Made by a program: the position numbers and the translations under genes
Origin: Macrostomum lignano
Lineage: Eukaryota
Reading direction: 5' to 3'
Length of the DNA stretch: 64,000 nucleotides
NCBI GenBank assembly: GCA_002269645.1
Contig: NIVC01000221.1
Span: forward strand, 124,001 to 188,000
Part shown: positions 47,963-60,266 of the stretch, one piece after another
How the letters are laid out: each line of letters begins with the position of its first letter
How positions within the stretch are numbered: position 1 is the stretch's first letter
The notes under the pieces: generated by a model
The model's input: the letters and a program-made list of their open reading frames with translations, nothing else
The model's database searches: none
What the model was told of the DNA's origin: nothing

Positions 47963-50900
47963 TATATACTAAAAATGAGTTGTCTGTGGGTAGGTAGGTA
48001 GGTATGCGATAGATTTCAGAAAAAATGGCTCAACCAATTTTCTTCAAACTTGCACCATTCGATCAGAAATTTTCCTGGGACGGTACATGCATCTTGGCTA
48101 AGAAATTGCTCAATATTAAAGGGATTAAATATTCGAAAAAACATGCTTTTTTGCAAAGGTCAAGCAGCTCTTTCGACCTGAAATGCATTGTAAGAATGCT
48201 AGAGAAAAAACTGACTGACTAAATTCCAATTGTGATAAGGATTACATCACAACCAGTTGAAAACAGTGCCGAAGAAATGCACAAAAAACTTGATTTAAAT
48301 TGCGTAACCAATAACTTAAATTGACACTGATACTGGCTGACTGAGAAATTGATTATGTCATAACTTTTTAATCTAATCAACTTGCTGTAAAAATTGAATT
48401 ATAAGGGCCACAATTCACGTTCTCCAATTAAAAAGAGATAGCCCAGATGCGAACAGACTGGAATGCTAATGTAGCGACCTGGGTTCGAATCTTAGTAGTG
48501 CAAAATAATTTTTTATTAAAAAACCTTGAAAAGACGAAACAGCTAAACATAAAAGAAACACAATGTCAAACATACCAGTGGCACCATGTCGAACATCAAA
48601 GAGCCACCATGTCAAATATTAAAGAGCCACCATATCAAACAGAAAAGAGCCACCATGTCAAACATTAAAGAGCCACAATGTCGAACATTAAAGAGCCACC
48701 ATGTCAAACATTAAAGAGCCACCATGTCAAACATAAAAGGGCCACCATGTCAAACATTAAAGAGCCATCATGTCAAACATTAAAGAGCCACCATGTAAAA
48801 AATTTAAGAGCCACCATGTCAAACATATATGTGACTTTATGTCAAACATTAAAGAGCCACCATGAAGAACATTAAAGAGCCACCACGTCAAACATTAAAG
48901 AGCCACCATGTCAAACATAAAAGAGCCACCATGTCAAACATAAAAGAGCCATCATGTCAAATATTAAAGAGCCACTATGTCAAACATAAGAGAGCCACCA
49001 TGTCAAACATAAAAGGGCCACCATGTCAAACATTAAAGAGCCATCATGTCAAACATTAAAGAGCCACTATGTCAAACATAAAAGAGCCACCATGTCAAAC
49101 ATAAAAGAGCCACCATGTCAAACATTAAAGAGCCACCATGTCGAACATTAAAGAGCCACCATGTCTGACATATATATGACTCATTGTTAAACATTAAAGA
49201 GCCATCATGTCATACATAAAAGAGCCACCATGTCAAACATTAAAGAGCCACCATGTCAAAAATTAAACAGCCACCATGTCTAACATTAAACAGCCACCAT
49301 GTCTTACATTAAAGAGCCCCCATGTCGAACATTAATAGCCACCATTTCTCACATTTTAGAGCCACCATGTCGAAGATTAAAGAGCCACCATGTCAAACAT
49401 TAAAGAGCCTCCATGTCAAATATTAAAGAGCCACCATTTCAAACATTAAGAGCCATCATTACAGACATTAAGGTGCCACAAGGTCAAACATCAAAGAGCC
49501 ACCATGTCTAAAATTTATGAGTCACCATGTTAAGTATATTCGTGACTCCATGTCAAACATAAAAGGACCAACATGTCAAACATTAAAGAGCCACCATGTC
49601 AAGCATAAAAGGACCACCATGTCGAACATTAAAGTGGCACCATGTCAAACATTAAAGAGCCACCATGTCAAATATTAAAGAGCCACAATGTCAAACATTA
49701 AAGAGCCACCATGTCGAACAATAAAGAGCCACCATGTCTAACATATATGTGACTCCATGTCAAACATTAAAGAGCCATCATGTCATACATAAAAGAGCCA
49801 CCATGTCAAGCATAAAAGGACCACCATGTCAAACATTAAAGAGCCACCATGTCAAAAATTAAACAGCCACCATGTCTAACATTAAAAAGCCACAATGTCA
49901 AACATTAAAGAGCCACCATGTCTCACATTAATAGCCACCATGTCTCACATTATAGAGCCACCATGTCAAACATTATAGAGCCACCATGTAAAACATTAAA
50001 GAGCCACCATGTCTAAAATTAACGAGTCACCATGTCAAGTATATTCGTGACTCCATGTCAAACATAGAGAGCCATCATGCCAAACATTAAAGAGCCACCA
50101 TGTCGAAAATAAAAAAGCCACCATGTCAAACATTAAAGAGCCACCATGTCAAACATAAAAGGACCAACATGTCAAACATTAAAGAGCCACCATGTCAAGC
50201 ATAAAATGACCACTATGTCGAACATAAAAGAACCACCATGTCGAACATAAAAGAGCCACCATGTCTTACATTAAAGAGCCCCCATGTCGAACATTAAAGA
50301 GCCACCATGTCTCACATTAATAGCCACCATGTCTCACATTATAGAGCCACCATGTCAAACATTATAGAGCCACCATGTAAAACATTAAAGAGCCACCATG
50401 TCTAAAATTAACGAGTCACCATGTCAAGTATATTCGTGACTCCATGTCAAACATAGAGAGCCATCATGCCAAACATTAAAGAGCCACCATGTCGAAAATA
50501 AAAAAGCCACCATGTCAAACATTAAAGAGCCACCATGTCAAACATAAAAGGACCAACATGTCAAACATTAAAGAGCCACCATGTCAAGCATAAAATGACC
50601 ACTATGTCGAACATAAAAGAACCACCATGTCGAACATAAAAGAGCCACCATGTCTTACATTAAAGAGCCCCCATGTCGAACATTAATAGCCACCATTTCT
50701 CACATTTTAGAGCCACCATGTTGAACTTAAAGAGCCACCATGTCAAACATTAAAGAGCCACCATGTCTAACATATATGTGACTCCATGTCAAACATATAA
50801 AGAGCCATCATGTCATACATAAAAGAGCCACCATGTCAAACATTAAAGAGCCACCATGTCAAAAATTAAACAGCCACCATGTCTAACATTAAAGAGCCAC

Positions 50901-51378
50901 CATGTCAAACAGAAAAGATACACAATTTCAAATGTAAAAGTAAGCGTCATGCCAATTTTAAAGGAGCCACTATAGAGCTAAGGAAATTGTTGCACTAGCT
51001 ACTTATTGTCTGGTGGATGCTTACTATTTAGGGATGCTTGCTATCTGGGGTTGCTTGCTATCCGGGAGGGGGGATGCTTCCTATCTGGGGGATGCTTGCT
51101 ATCTGGGGGATGCTTGCTATTTGGGGGATGCTTGCTATCTGGGAGATGCTTGCTATCTGGGGGATGCTTGCTATCTGGGGGATGCTTGCAATCTGGGGGA
51201 TGCTTGCTATCTGGGGGATGCTTGCTGTCTTGGGATGATTTCTTTTTGCATTACATTTTATTTGAGCAGTTTGTCTGTTGTCTTTGTGAAGGCTTTATTT
51301 CGCTATCTTTTTGTTACTTGTAGAGAACAGAGATTCTATCCAGATGTCCCCCAACGGGGGGGGGGTGAAGATTGCTAG
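47963..51378 (+). mobile_element. Helitron unit 4
   Basis: Head lacks the initial TCC; 23-nt array about 48545-50910 and 18-nt array about 51010-51235; ends CTAG|T. Confidence 0.85.
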
Positions 51379-51735
51379 TAGTCTTTCTAATATAGGAAAT
51401 GTTCAAATCAATAGAATAGCAAAATTGGTTGATGACAACTGCTTAAAAAGCTAGAGGAACAAGCAACTTAAGTCTAATAATAAACCAACTGATTTTTTTA
51501 AAATAATGCAAATTCTAGGCCTCTATAATCAAGCTAATTATAAAAAGTTTTTTTATCTTTTCTTAAAGTCAAAAGACATGTGGCCAAAATAAAGAAGCAC
51601 AGGCCTAATTAATATATTATAAGTTTTTTAAACAATACAATTATCATTTATCACAGTTATATAGGCCTACTTTTTAGTAGCCACTAATGATGCAATTGAT
51701 TAAGTTACTAAGATAGGGTAGGCCTAGCCATTTAA

Positions 51736-52137
51736 TAGAGGTTAGACAAGATCCCAATCCTAATCCCAAAATCATGGGATCCCAAGGAGAATTGTATTCC
51801 TATGAGACCAGGATCCCAACCCTAAAAAACACAAGAATTGGGAATAGGTATTTTGATGACAAGTTTATAGAATTAGTGATTACTTAAATGTATTTTGTTT
51901 TAACTTGTATTCATTATATTATTGCTTTGTTTGTTGCAAAATTTTGCATCAATTTTGTTGTGTTTTACTTTTGATCTTGAAATTTTTTGCTTAATTTTGT
52001 TTAACTTTATATAGACCTACAAACTACAATACACTAAAAGACCTGATCCTGATTTCCGAATCCCAATCTTAATCCCAAGAAAAAAATTATTCTTGATCCC
52101 GATCCCACCCAAAGATTTCAATTCCATCCAACCTCTA
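51736..52137. mobile_element. hAT-like MITE, 402 bp
   Basis: TIR TAGAGGTTAGA / TCCAACCTCTA; exact 8-bp TSD CCATTTAA (51728-51735 and 52138-52145); internal GATCCC subrepeats. Confidence 0.85.
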
Positions 52138-52350
52138 CCATTTAACTTAAGAAATTTTGTCAAGGATATCACTATTTAGTAAAAAAAGAACCACAAAATA
52201 TAGACTTCATAGGCTTTATGAAAGAGTGCAAGGCATCAAACAAGACCTACTTGCAATTTTAAAATAAAAAAAGATAGGGAGCTATACAATTATTGAGTAT
52301 CAACTAGTAAATATACTGTGTATTGATTATAGGTTTATGATACAGATATA

Positions 52351-52712
52351 GGGGGGGCGTAGCCCAGCGGTCTAGCGCAGGCTCTGGTGTGCCAGCGACC
52401 CAGGCTCGATTTCAAGTGCAGTCACATTAATTTGGGGCTGAATTGGAATCTCGGCTTGGCTCTGCTCGTGCAATTAACGGCCTTGAGAGCCAAACCCCCC
52501 AAGGCGCAGTGAAGTGTACATGCCTAACGATAAAATAAAGTTAGGGCCGCTGTACACTCCTGTGTGAGTGTGTGCCTGCGTACGTATCCGCGCGCTTGTA
52601 TGCCTGCTCAGGGGAGTCGGCGGAATGGGCAGTAATGCCTCTCGCCGGTTGTGTGCCTATTTCGCTTAAAGTGCGCCAGGGTGCATATAACCCCCCTGCC
52701 TCTAATAAAAAA
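52351..52712 (+). mobile_element. tRNA-derived SINE, 362 bp
   Basis: A-box TAGCCCAGCGG (52360-52370), degenerate B-box GGCTCGATTTC (52403-52413), A-rich tail TAATAAAAAA, 14-bp TSD ATGATACAGATATA (52337-52350 and 52713-52726). Confidence 0.88.
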
Positions 52713-53107
52713 ATGATACAGATATACTTTATATAATTACTAGGTCCTATAAATTGTAATACATTTGATAGGCCTATAATAAAGTAAATATGAATAGAAT
52801 TAGATATTACAAACAGTTTTTAATGCTAAAAGGCAGGCCTAAGGGCTATTTTCTAGGGCCTCTAAATTTAAGGAACTTTATAATTTAGTTTAGTTTCTAT
52901 TTATGTAAGCCTAGGTCCTGCCTGCGGCCTGCCTTATGCTTAATTTGTTAAGGTAACTTATATCTAGCTAAGTATATAACTATAGAAACTAGGCCTATAG
53001 TATATTGTTTAAATTTTGCATTTGACTTTTTGCTGGCAGTTTTTTTTTTATGTTGACTGTATTAATAGTTAGATAGTTATTTTTATAGTTAACACTTAAA
53101 ACAAATA

Positions 53108-54452
53108 GGCAGTGCTTATCCCCACAGTACCGTAATAATAATTTATGTCTTATGACTTATTCCAACAGTACCGTGTAGTGAGTGAAATGAGGCTAGACTG
53201 CTTGTTGTAGTCGATAGTTGCCAAAAGCTTGCAGGCGAGAATAATAGCAATCAGTATATTTATTGAATTATTGAGCTGAGTCAGAATGGTGGCTAAAGTT
53301 GCACCATGCACATTTGATATTGTACACATAAGGGTTGAGCTAGCAAAGTCACGCGGCGCAGCCGCTAACAACCCCCCAACACACACACAATAGTAGGCGC
53401 TGCCTACATACCGTAAGAATAATTTTCTGCTTATCCGCATGGCACACTGACGAGATAGCTGTCCCATCTTCTAAATATGCCATGGGAAAAATTTTCTGCT
53501 TATCCGCACAGCACACTGACGAGATAGCTACCCTATCTTCTAAATATGCCATGGGAAAAATTTTCTGCTTATCCGCATGGCACACTGACAAGATAGCTGC
53601 CATATCTTCTACATATATATGCTATATGTGAATAATTTATAGCTTTTTGAAAGGGAATTTGAATTGAAGATACTAAGAAGATGTTGATCTGGATCAACAT
53701 TAGGACTAGCATTTTATTGCATAAAAAGGCCATTAAATCTTTATTTCTATTAAACAAATTGTCAAGCAAAGTTAGGCCTATATTGTTATATTGCACTTAA
53801 ACCATAAGTACTAAACTAAATTATTCCCACAGCATATATAGATGGCCCCACTCCCAAATCTTACATATATGCCAGAAAATTCCGGCGTACAACAGACCTG
53901 AAAATGTGCTTGGCGTATAATGTCCGGCGTAACACAACAGCTACGCCGGCCAATTGTGTGCCACTGCGCCGGCATATTGGTATCTGGCGTAGATGTTTGG
54001 CGTGACAATAGTTGTCTGTTGACGAGTAAGAAACTATTTAAAATATTCTATGCCTAAAAGTTTTTTGAAAGAAATGTTAAAACAAAATAAAAAACAAGAA
54101 ACACTATAAACCACTTAGTATTTATTTATTTAAAGATTTCCATGCCTAAAAAAGTAAAAGTTATTTTATTTTGTCTTTTTCATTTTATTTATGGTTTCCA
54201 ATTTGATTGGACTACAATTTACAAATTTGAGTTAGAATTTTGCTTAGCGTTGCATTTTTTTCTGGTGTAAACTTAATTCTATGGCATAGGGGGTCATTTT
54301 TTCCGGCATACTAGGTAGCAGATTCGAGAGTGTGGGAAGATGGGGCAGCTATCTTGTCAGTGTGCCATGCAGATAAGCAGAAAATTATTCCCATAGTACT
54401 GTTGGAATAAGACAGAAATTATTCCTACGGTACTGTGGGGATAAGCACTGCC
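53108..54452. mobile_element. MULE-type non-autonomous element, 1345 bp
   Basis: Perfect 27-bp TIR GGCAGTGCTTATCCCCACAGTACCGTA; 9-bp TSD AAACAAATA (53099-53107 and 54453-54461); about 60-bp subterminal repeats three times on the left and once inverted on the right. Confidence 0.9.
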
Positions 54453-54520
54453 AAACAAATATTATCTAAATGATAAACTAATGAACTTATACTTGCAATG
54501 CAAATACTAAGGTGGTTAAA

Positions 54521-54823
54521 CATACATGCGCAACAGTCGGCCGAGTCGGCTGATCCGGCCGACCGATTTGGCGGCCAACCAAGGAAGTCGCAAAAATGCC
54601 AACCCGAAAAAACACCGAGTAGTAGTACTAAGTAGCTGATGAGTGATGAGGCATTTTGGCTTTATAAGACAGTCATAGTTACTCTTGCCGTTTACCCAAA
54701 GTTGCGTTAATTTTGCTTTCGGGTTTTTTACATGTAAGTTGCATTTTTGGCCAAAAACTACGTCGCATTTTTGTTAAAACTAAGTCGCATGGCCGACCAA
54801 AATTTGGAGGTTGCGCATGTATG
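54521..54823. mobile_element. Probable MITE, 303 bp
   Basis: Perfect 14-bp TIR CATACATGCGCAAC; no clean TSD found. Confidence 0.55.
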
Positions 54824-55845
54824 TGCCACATAATGTGGTTTAATTTAAAGTAAAGAAAATTGTTATTAATTAATATATTGATATGATGGGAACTCCTAGT
54901 AGTTCTTGTCATGGTAGCTTACTTTAGGTAATTGTTAGGCCTATTGACATTGTTAGGCCTAGGCCTAATTATTACATTGTAATTTAACCAAAATTGCTTC
55001 CACATGACCATAAAAATAGCCTTTTTGCTTCCTACCTATGGTGACCATAAAAATATCAGTTTTGCTATTTATATGGTTACCTTAAATAAACACCCTAGGC
55101 CTAGATAGTGTCTTATGCGTTAACCATTAAAAAACTGTTTTGATGTTTAACTTATACAGTCATATTGATAGACGTAAACAGTTGAAACTTGCAATAATCA
55201 CTTGATTGTTAAATCTGAAACACAGGCACAGCACAGCTCAGTTGGTCTATGCTACTATAGTATTTTGGTCTATAAACAATTTCAGTAAAGCCTAAAGGGC
55301 AGCGAGAGTTTGATTGAATAACAGATCTACAAAAAGCTTCGAAAAATGGTAAGCCTATCAAAGTGCGTGCATGTGACTTGATTTATTTAATTTCTAATAC
55401 GCTGGCTAGAGCTAACCATCGTGTCCCTACTGTAAAGTATGAGTGTGAGTTTATGACATAGGTAGGTAAGCACCGTAAGTGGCAAATATCAAGTGCTGAT
55501 CGCAGCGCATTTTTAGCCCTAATTAACCGAATTTAAAATTAAATAGTTCGCTACTTTTCATGGAAACGTTATGTTAAGCAAGAAATTTTTACTTATTTAA
55601 TACATTGTTATTAAGATACCCTCTGCGCTATTTTTAAATATAAGTAAAATTTTAATCTTTTATTTATTAAGCACTTTTTCTATTGTTGATCTTTTGTATT
55701 GTTTTGTGGTGCTATTTAACATTCCACGAGAAATATCATTTTTAAACAGCATAACGCCTGCAACGCCTTCTATTGCAGACTCGTCCGGTACGGGTGTCGG
55801 GGTGCATTTTTTTGTGTTTCAATATTCTCACACTATAATAGCACA

Positions 55846-56109
55846 ATGGGATCAGCACCATCGACTGAAGTGCAAGGTTCTCAGCCTCAAACACGCAGAG
55901 TTGCTTCTGTGCCGGATTTTAGAGGATCAGGATCAAATCAAGCTCAAAGTGCCTCGAGACCAACAGGAAGGCAAACAACCGAAACAGCAAGTAAACAAAC
56001 TGCTTCTACTTCGCAGAAACAGCCAGCAGCGAGCCAACAATCAAGCTCTTCAAAGCCGTCAGCTGCACCTCGCATTATTCGGGGCGGCCGAGCAGATGCA
56101 ATTCCTGAG
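55846..56109 (+). CDS. Unidentified multi-exon gene, exon 1 (MG-x-x-x-S myristoylation-type N-terminus, low complexity)
   Basis: ATG GGA...CCT GAG|GTAGG; 264 nt, phase 0. Confidence 0.65.
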
Positions 56110-56661
56110 GTAGGCTTTCTGGTCTCAATTGTGGAATGTAGATGTGAAAAAGCCTAAAAAGAAGATGAGAAAATCCTGAAATTTCCGTAAATTCGAAATG
56201 AAAAAAATTAAATTTAACAGTTTGGTTGGGTCTCTTTACAAAAGATCAAGACCATGTACTTTTGTAGTAAATTCAATTATACTTTAAATTCGAAAATAGT
56301 TCAAATATATTTTATATATTTAGGTAATTATTGAGGTGTGGTGACATGCAGGATCTTGCAATAAAAAATTCAAAAAAATTACTCAGGTTTGACTGTCAAA
56401 GTACAACGAAAGAGTGCAGTAGCAGCAGTATTCTGACAAAAATGCCCATCAATCAGGTACATATATATATGCATTTTAAAAATATTTATTGCAATATAAT
56501 AAATACTACTGTTTTTTTACTTTTGCACACAATTTGGAGATTATTTAAAGTCATTATACAAGAAGTTAATGAAAGCATAAACTAAAGTCTAATTTCTTGC
56601 AAAAAGGATTTTTTAATTCTTGCAAAATAGTTATTATACTACTACCACTGTATTCTTGCAG

Positions 56662-56775
56662 GTGCGCGACCCGAATGACATCATATTTGAAACGTTTTAC
56701 CACTCGTCTGGTAAAAACTTCACCTGCATGTTCGTTAACGATGTCCGCTACTATTTGGACAGCTACAAGACTGGA
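56662..56775 (+). CDS. Unidentified gene, exon 2
   Basis: TTGCAG|VRDPNDIIFETFY...RYYLDSYKTG|GTGAGT; 114 nt, phase 0. Confidence 0.8.
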
Positions 56776-57103
56776 GTGAGTCTGTTTTATTTCATGAATT
56801 TTAGCCAGCAGGCTTTGCATCTTGCTTTCGAAAATTTGTCTATATCCCGGTAGGGCAATATTGTGCTCTCACACTCATTTCACTCATTTCTGTGCACCCG
56901 AAAACTGGCCCAAGAGTTGTTATGCGATTCACACCCATGATGGCTATAGCCCTAAAGACACATAAGAGTGTAAATGTCTGAAAATTAGAAAGTCAGGGAC
57001 TCTTACACCTGTGTGAGCGCGTGTACTCAGTACGACGTGTCTTACGTAGAGTCATCGAAGCCTTTTAAGCCACACGCCGCATTTTTTTATTCATCTCGCA
57101 CAG

Positions 57104-57178
57104 GAGTGGCTGGAGTTTCCTTTGGAGTGGTATTCCGAAGGCGCGCTCGAAGTCGACGACGTACTTGGAGGCAGTGAG
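57104..57178 (+). CDS. Unidentified gene, exon 3
   Basis: CACAG|EWLEFPLEWYSEG...GGSE|GTGAGT; 75 nt. Confidence 0.8.
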
Positions 57179-57266
57179 GTGAGTCGCGGGCATCTCAGTG
57201 CATCTGCCTGTGTACAATGAATTGAGTAGTCGGCTTTATCTTGGACTTTTCTGCACTCACTCGCAG

Positions 57267-57410
57267 GCAAGCGCTGGCCAGGGCGGGGAGGCACCCAGCG
57301 GATCCAACGCGCAGGCCGTCAATGTGGAGATCAGCGAAGGCAAGAAGGACGAGCGCGAGGGTGTGATCAAGATTCCCGGGAAGGGAGTCTTCCAGACCTA
57401 CATCTTTGAG
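57267..57410 (+). CDS. Unidentified gene, exon 4
   Basis: TCGCAG|ASAGQ...REGVIKIPGKGVFQTYIFE|GTGAGA; 144 nt. Confidence 0.8.
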
Positions 57411-58256
57411 GTGAGAAATGTTTTTTGAGGTTCAACCAAAGATCATATATACGAAAAACAGCGGTCGCGCCTTCCCTATAGCCGAAATACAAAGTGGCCT
57501 ATCTAGGGAATATAGGATCTATTGGTGCAACCAAAATCCGTATCCATCGGTAATTATAATGTCCCGTAACTTCTCATAACTTTTGATGATTTTGAATCCC
57601 ATGGCAACAGTTATTCCATCATTCACTATTATATAAGGATAAAGTAAAGAATGACAACATTAGTTTAACCTATCAGTAATTTACAGGTCTCATTGACTTT
57701 AAATTCGAAAGTAATTTACAATACACTCACGTATTGTACAAGAAGAATGGCGTAGAAAATCCCTGTTGTTTGAGTCATCAACCTTAGGTAGGGACTTAAG
57801 AGTTCCCCCTTCCCTCACAAAAGCTTTGAAACCGCCAACATACATTCATTTCCACTGATCTACCGCTCAGTATCCGTAACTTCTTGTAGCCATATTCTTG
57901 CTTCCTGAACCTTACAATCAGCTGATCGAGTTTATGTCCAATAACAAACCCAAATCTAAATCCTGGATCAACCAAGTTGGACTGAATGTACAATGTTTTG
58001 GGAATTGTTTATTATTATGTTTCCAACACCGTTAAGTGCCAAGAACGAGCGTACATACGAGTACTCGTACGTAAAAAGTGCGGAACAAATTCAAAACAGA
58101 ATTCATGAAAAAATGACAAAATTAAAACTTAAATACAATGAATAAATATTGCTGCATGCAGTTCTCATCAGTTTTGTGCTCTAGCTTCTAGTTTTAGTGC
58201 TCAAGCACTTCTTTTGAGCTCAGCAAACTCACACCGATAGGAATATAACCGGTTTT

Positions 58257-58583
58257 CTATTTTTCATCAGCTGCCGATTTGGCTTCACTCAAGCCTGACT
58301 CAGCTGCCGACTTGGCTTCACCCAGGCCTGACTCAGCTGCCGACTTGGCTTCACCCAGGCCTGACTCAGCTGCCGACTTGGCTTCACCCAGGCCTGACTC
58401 AGCTGCCGACTTGGCTTCGCTCAGGCCTGACTCAGCTGCCGACTTGGCCTCACCCAGGCCTAACTCAGCTGCCGACTTGGCTTCACCCAGGCCTGACTCA
58501 GCTGCCGACTTGGCCTCACTCAGGCCTGACTCAGCTGCCGACTTGGCCTCACTCAGACTCGACTCAGCCGTAGATTTTGCTTG
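58257..58583 (-). repeat. Coding 33-nt repeat, (EAKSAAESGL[G/S]) x9 plus a partial unit
   Basis: In frame up to the stop codon; many unit-to-unit changes are synonymous (GAA/GAG, AGT/AGC). Confidence 0.85.
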
Positions 58584-59779
58584 CTTTAGTTTGCTCAAGA
58601 ACGGATTGAAAGATTTCTTAACCTGCCCTCCGGCCTCTTGGAGACCCTGATCGACGCTGTCAGTTGCTTCGTCGGCTTTATTGTCCAGCTTCATGGCGAT
58701 GGAGGCGATGTTGCCCATGCTGCTGAACTCGTCTGGCGCATTGGCGCTGCCCATATCCGGCAGTACCTTGTCGAGCAGGTGCGAATTCTCGTAGCAAAGC
58801 CGCGATATGTAGTACCGATCCACCAGCCTGGGCGAGTAGTAGTCCGTACCTCCGTTCAGCTGCTCGTAGGTGGTGCCACCGTCGCCACCGATGCAGATAG
58901 TGCAGCAGACCGAGCCCACCGGCTCCCACTTCGGTTGGACAACGAGGCCAAGAATTCGCTGAAAGTAGTGCGACCGGCACTCTTTCCTGCATGATGGCAG
59001 GCAGCGTTTAGTCTTGCAGCAGGTGCACCTGCAGCTGAAGACAAATGGGAACACGTAGAAGATTTGGTGCGAAACGAGCAGCAGACAGAAGACCAAGATG
59101 CAGAGGTTCCCCGTCCAGCCAAGCTCGAAGATGCTGGCCTGCAGCAGCACGCACATGAACCGGTAATCGTCCCGATTCCGTATGACGCACATGAACTCGT
59201 AGCGAATGTCCCGGTGCCGGAAGCCCGGACAGAAGAAGTAGAAACTGATCCAGAACAGCAACAGAGTCACCCTGGCTATCTCGAACAGGTAATAGTTTCT
59301 GGTGTGCTTGCCCTTGCAGTACCACCGTTTAAGCCGCTGTTTGAGTGCGCTGTCTGTGAGCACGTCTGACTTGGACGGCCGGCCCTGCTGCATCCGGCGG
59401 CTCTTGCAGGACTCTGAGTGCACGTGGCTTTCGGCTTGCTCCTCTTTATCTTCCAACAGCTTAAGCGACAAGTCCACCACGAATTGGAGCTGCTCTCTAA
59501 GCTGCTCACCGACAGTTTTGCTCCAGGTGTAGTAGGGCATGTACAGGGACACAGCTTGCAACAGGAACAGCAGCGGAAAGTAGAACTGCAGCAGGTAGTG
59601 GTTTAGGACGCCTTGCAGGTCAGCTGGTATGGTGTGGTTGGGCGTTAGCCTCTGGTCTACGCCCTGCGAGTAGCAGTAGCTCTCTGCGTAAGCCTTGTGC
59701 CTGATGTCTGGGCCCGAGCCGCTAGAGGAGTTGCTCGACCCGCCGCCTCCGCCCTCCGGTGTGCAGCTGATCTTGGCTT
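58257..59779 (-). CDS. Pannexin/innexin-family channel, exon 2 (TM2-TM4, Cys-rich segment, 11-mer repeat tail); acceptor at 59779 or 59806
   Basis: ISC...AYAESYC; FYFPLLFLLQAVSLYMPYYTW; EFMC..FMCVL; TM4; DRYYISRLCYENS. Two Cys in each predicted extracellular loop. Confidence 0.8.
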
Positions 59780-60266
59780 CTGTCAACGGGAAATTTTGGT
59801 GCCTTGCTTAGTAAAGCCATATTTTTCTATTCGAAACACACTGATACTGCGTGCAGCAACCTAGAGTCCAGTACAGGTTAAAGAGCAGCCCATACAGCAA
59901 TCCGACGTCAGCTGACGTTTCCGAGAGTCTATAGACGGGATAATTGGGAATATTATATCAACTTAAGCTGTTGGAGTCCCTAATTATCCTCTTGAATTCT
60001 CTTTTCATTCTCATTCTATCTTTTGTCGCTTTTTTGCCAAATCCAGCTTCCTGGTGTCACTGAGCAGAATGATCCATCATTTATGTACATTGGTTACTTG
60101 GGCTCCACTTTATGAGCTTAAGTTGACAGGCCCTTTAACAAGCTTAACTGTTCACATCGCAAAACTTGGCTTTTGAACCAATGCGAAACTTTGAGCAGAT
60201 GAAGTGTCGAGTGTGATAAGTTCACTCTATTTGTCTGTTCACTAAACATTCTTGATGAAAACTTAC

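Larger units (their letters stand above)
34798..51378 (+). mobile_element. Tandem array of five non-autonomous Helitrons
   Basis: Each unit begins TCCTATATACTAAAAATG (unit 4 lacks the first TCC) and ends in a C-run/G-run hairpin, about 9 nt, then CTAG. Outer flanks are A|TC and CTAG|T with no TSD. Confidence 0.85.

Noticed and set aside
38100-50910. CRISPR-like repeat-spacer arrays
   Set aside because: No unique spacers and no cas genes; eukaryotic context; pure tandem 23-nt monomers.
57429-57532. Short imperfect inverted repeat (GGTTCAACCAAAGATC / GATCTATTGGTGCAACC)
   Set aside because: Possibly a tiny MITE, but there is no TSD and the arms are weak, so it cannot be called.
58279-58650. 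Plus-strand ORF of SAADLASPRPD repeats
   Set aside because: Antisense shadow of the channel's 33-nt coding repeat.
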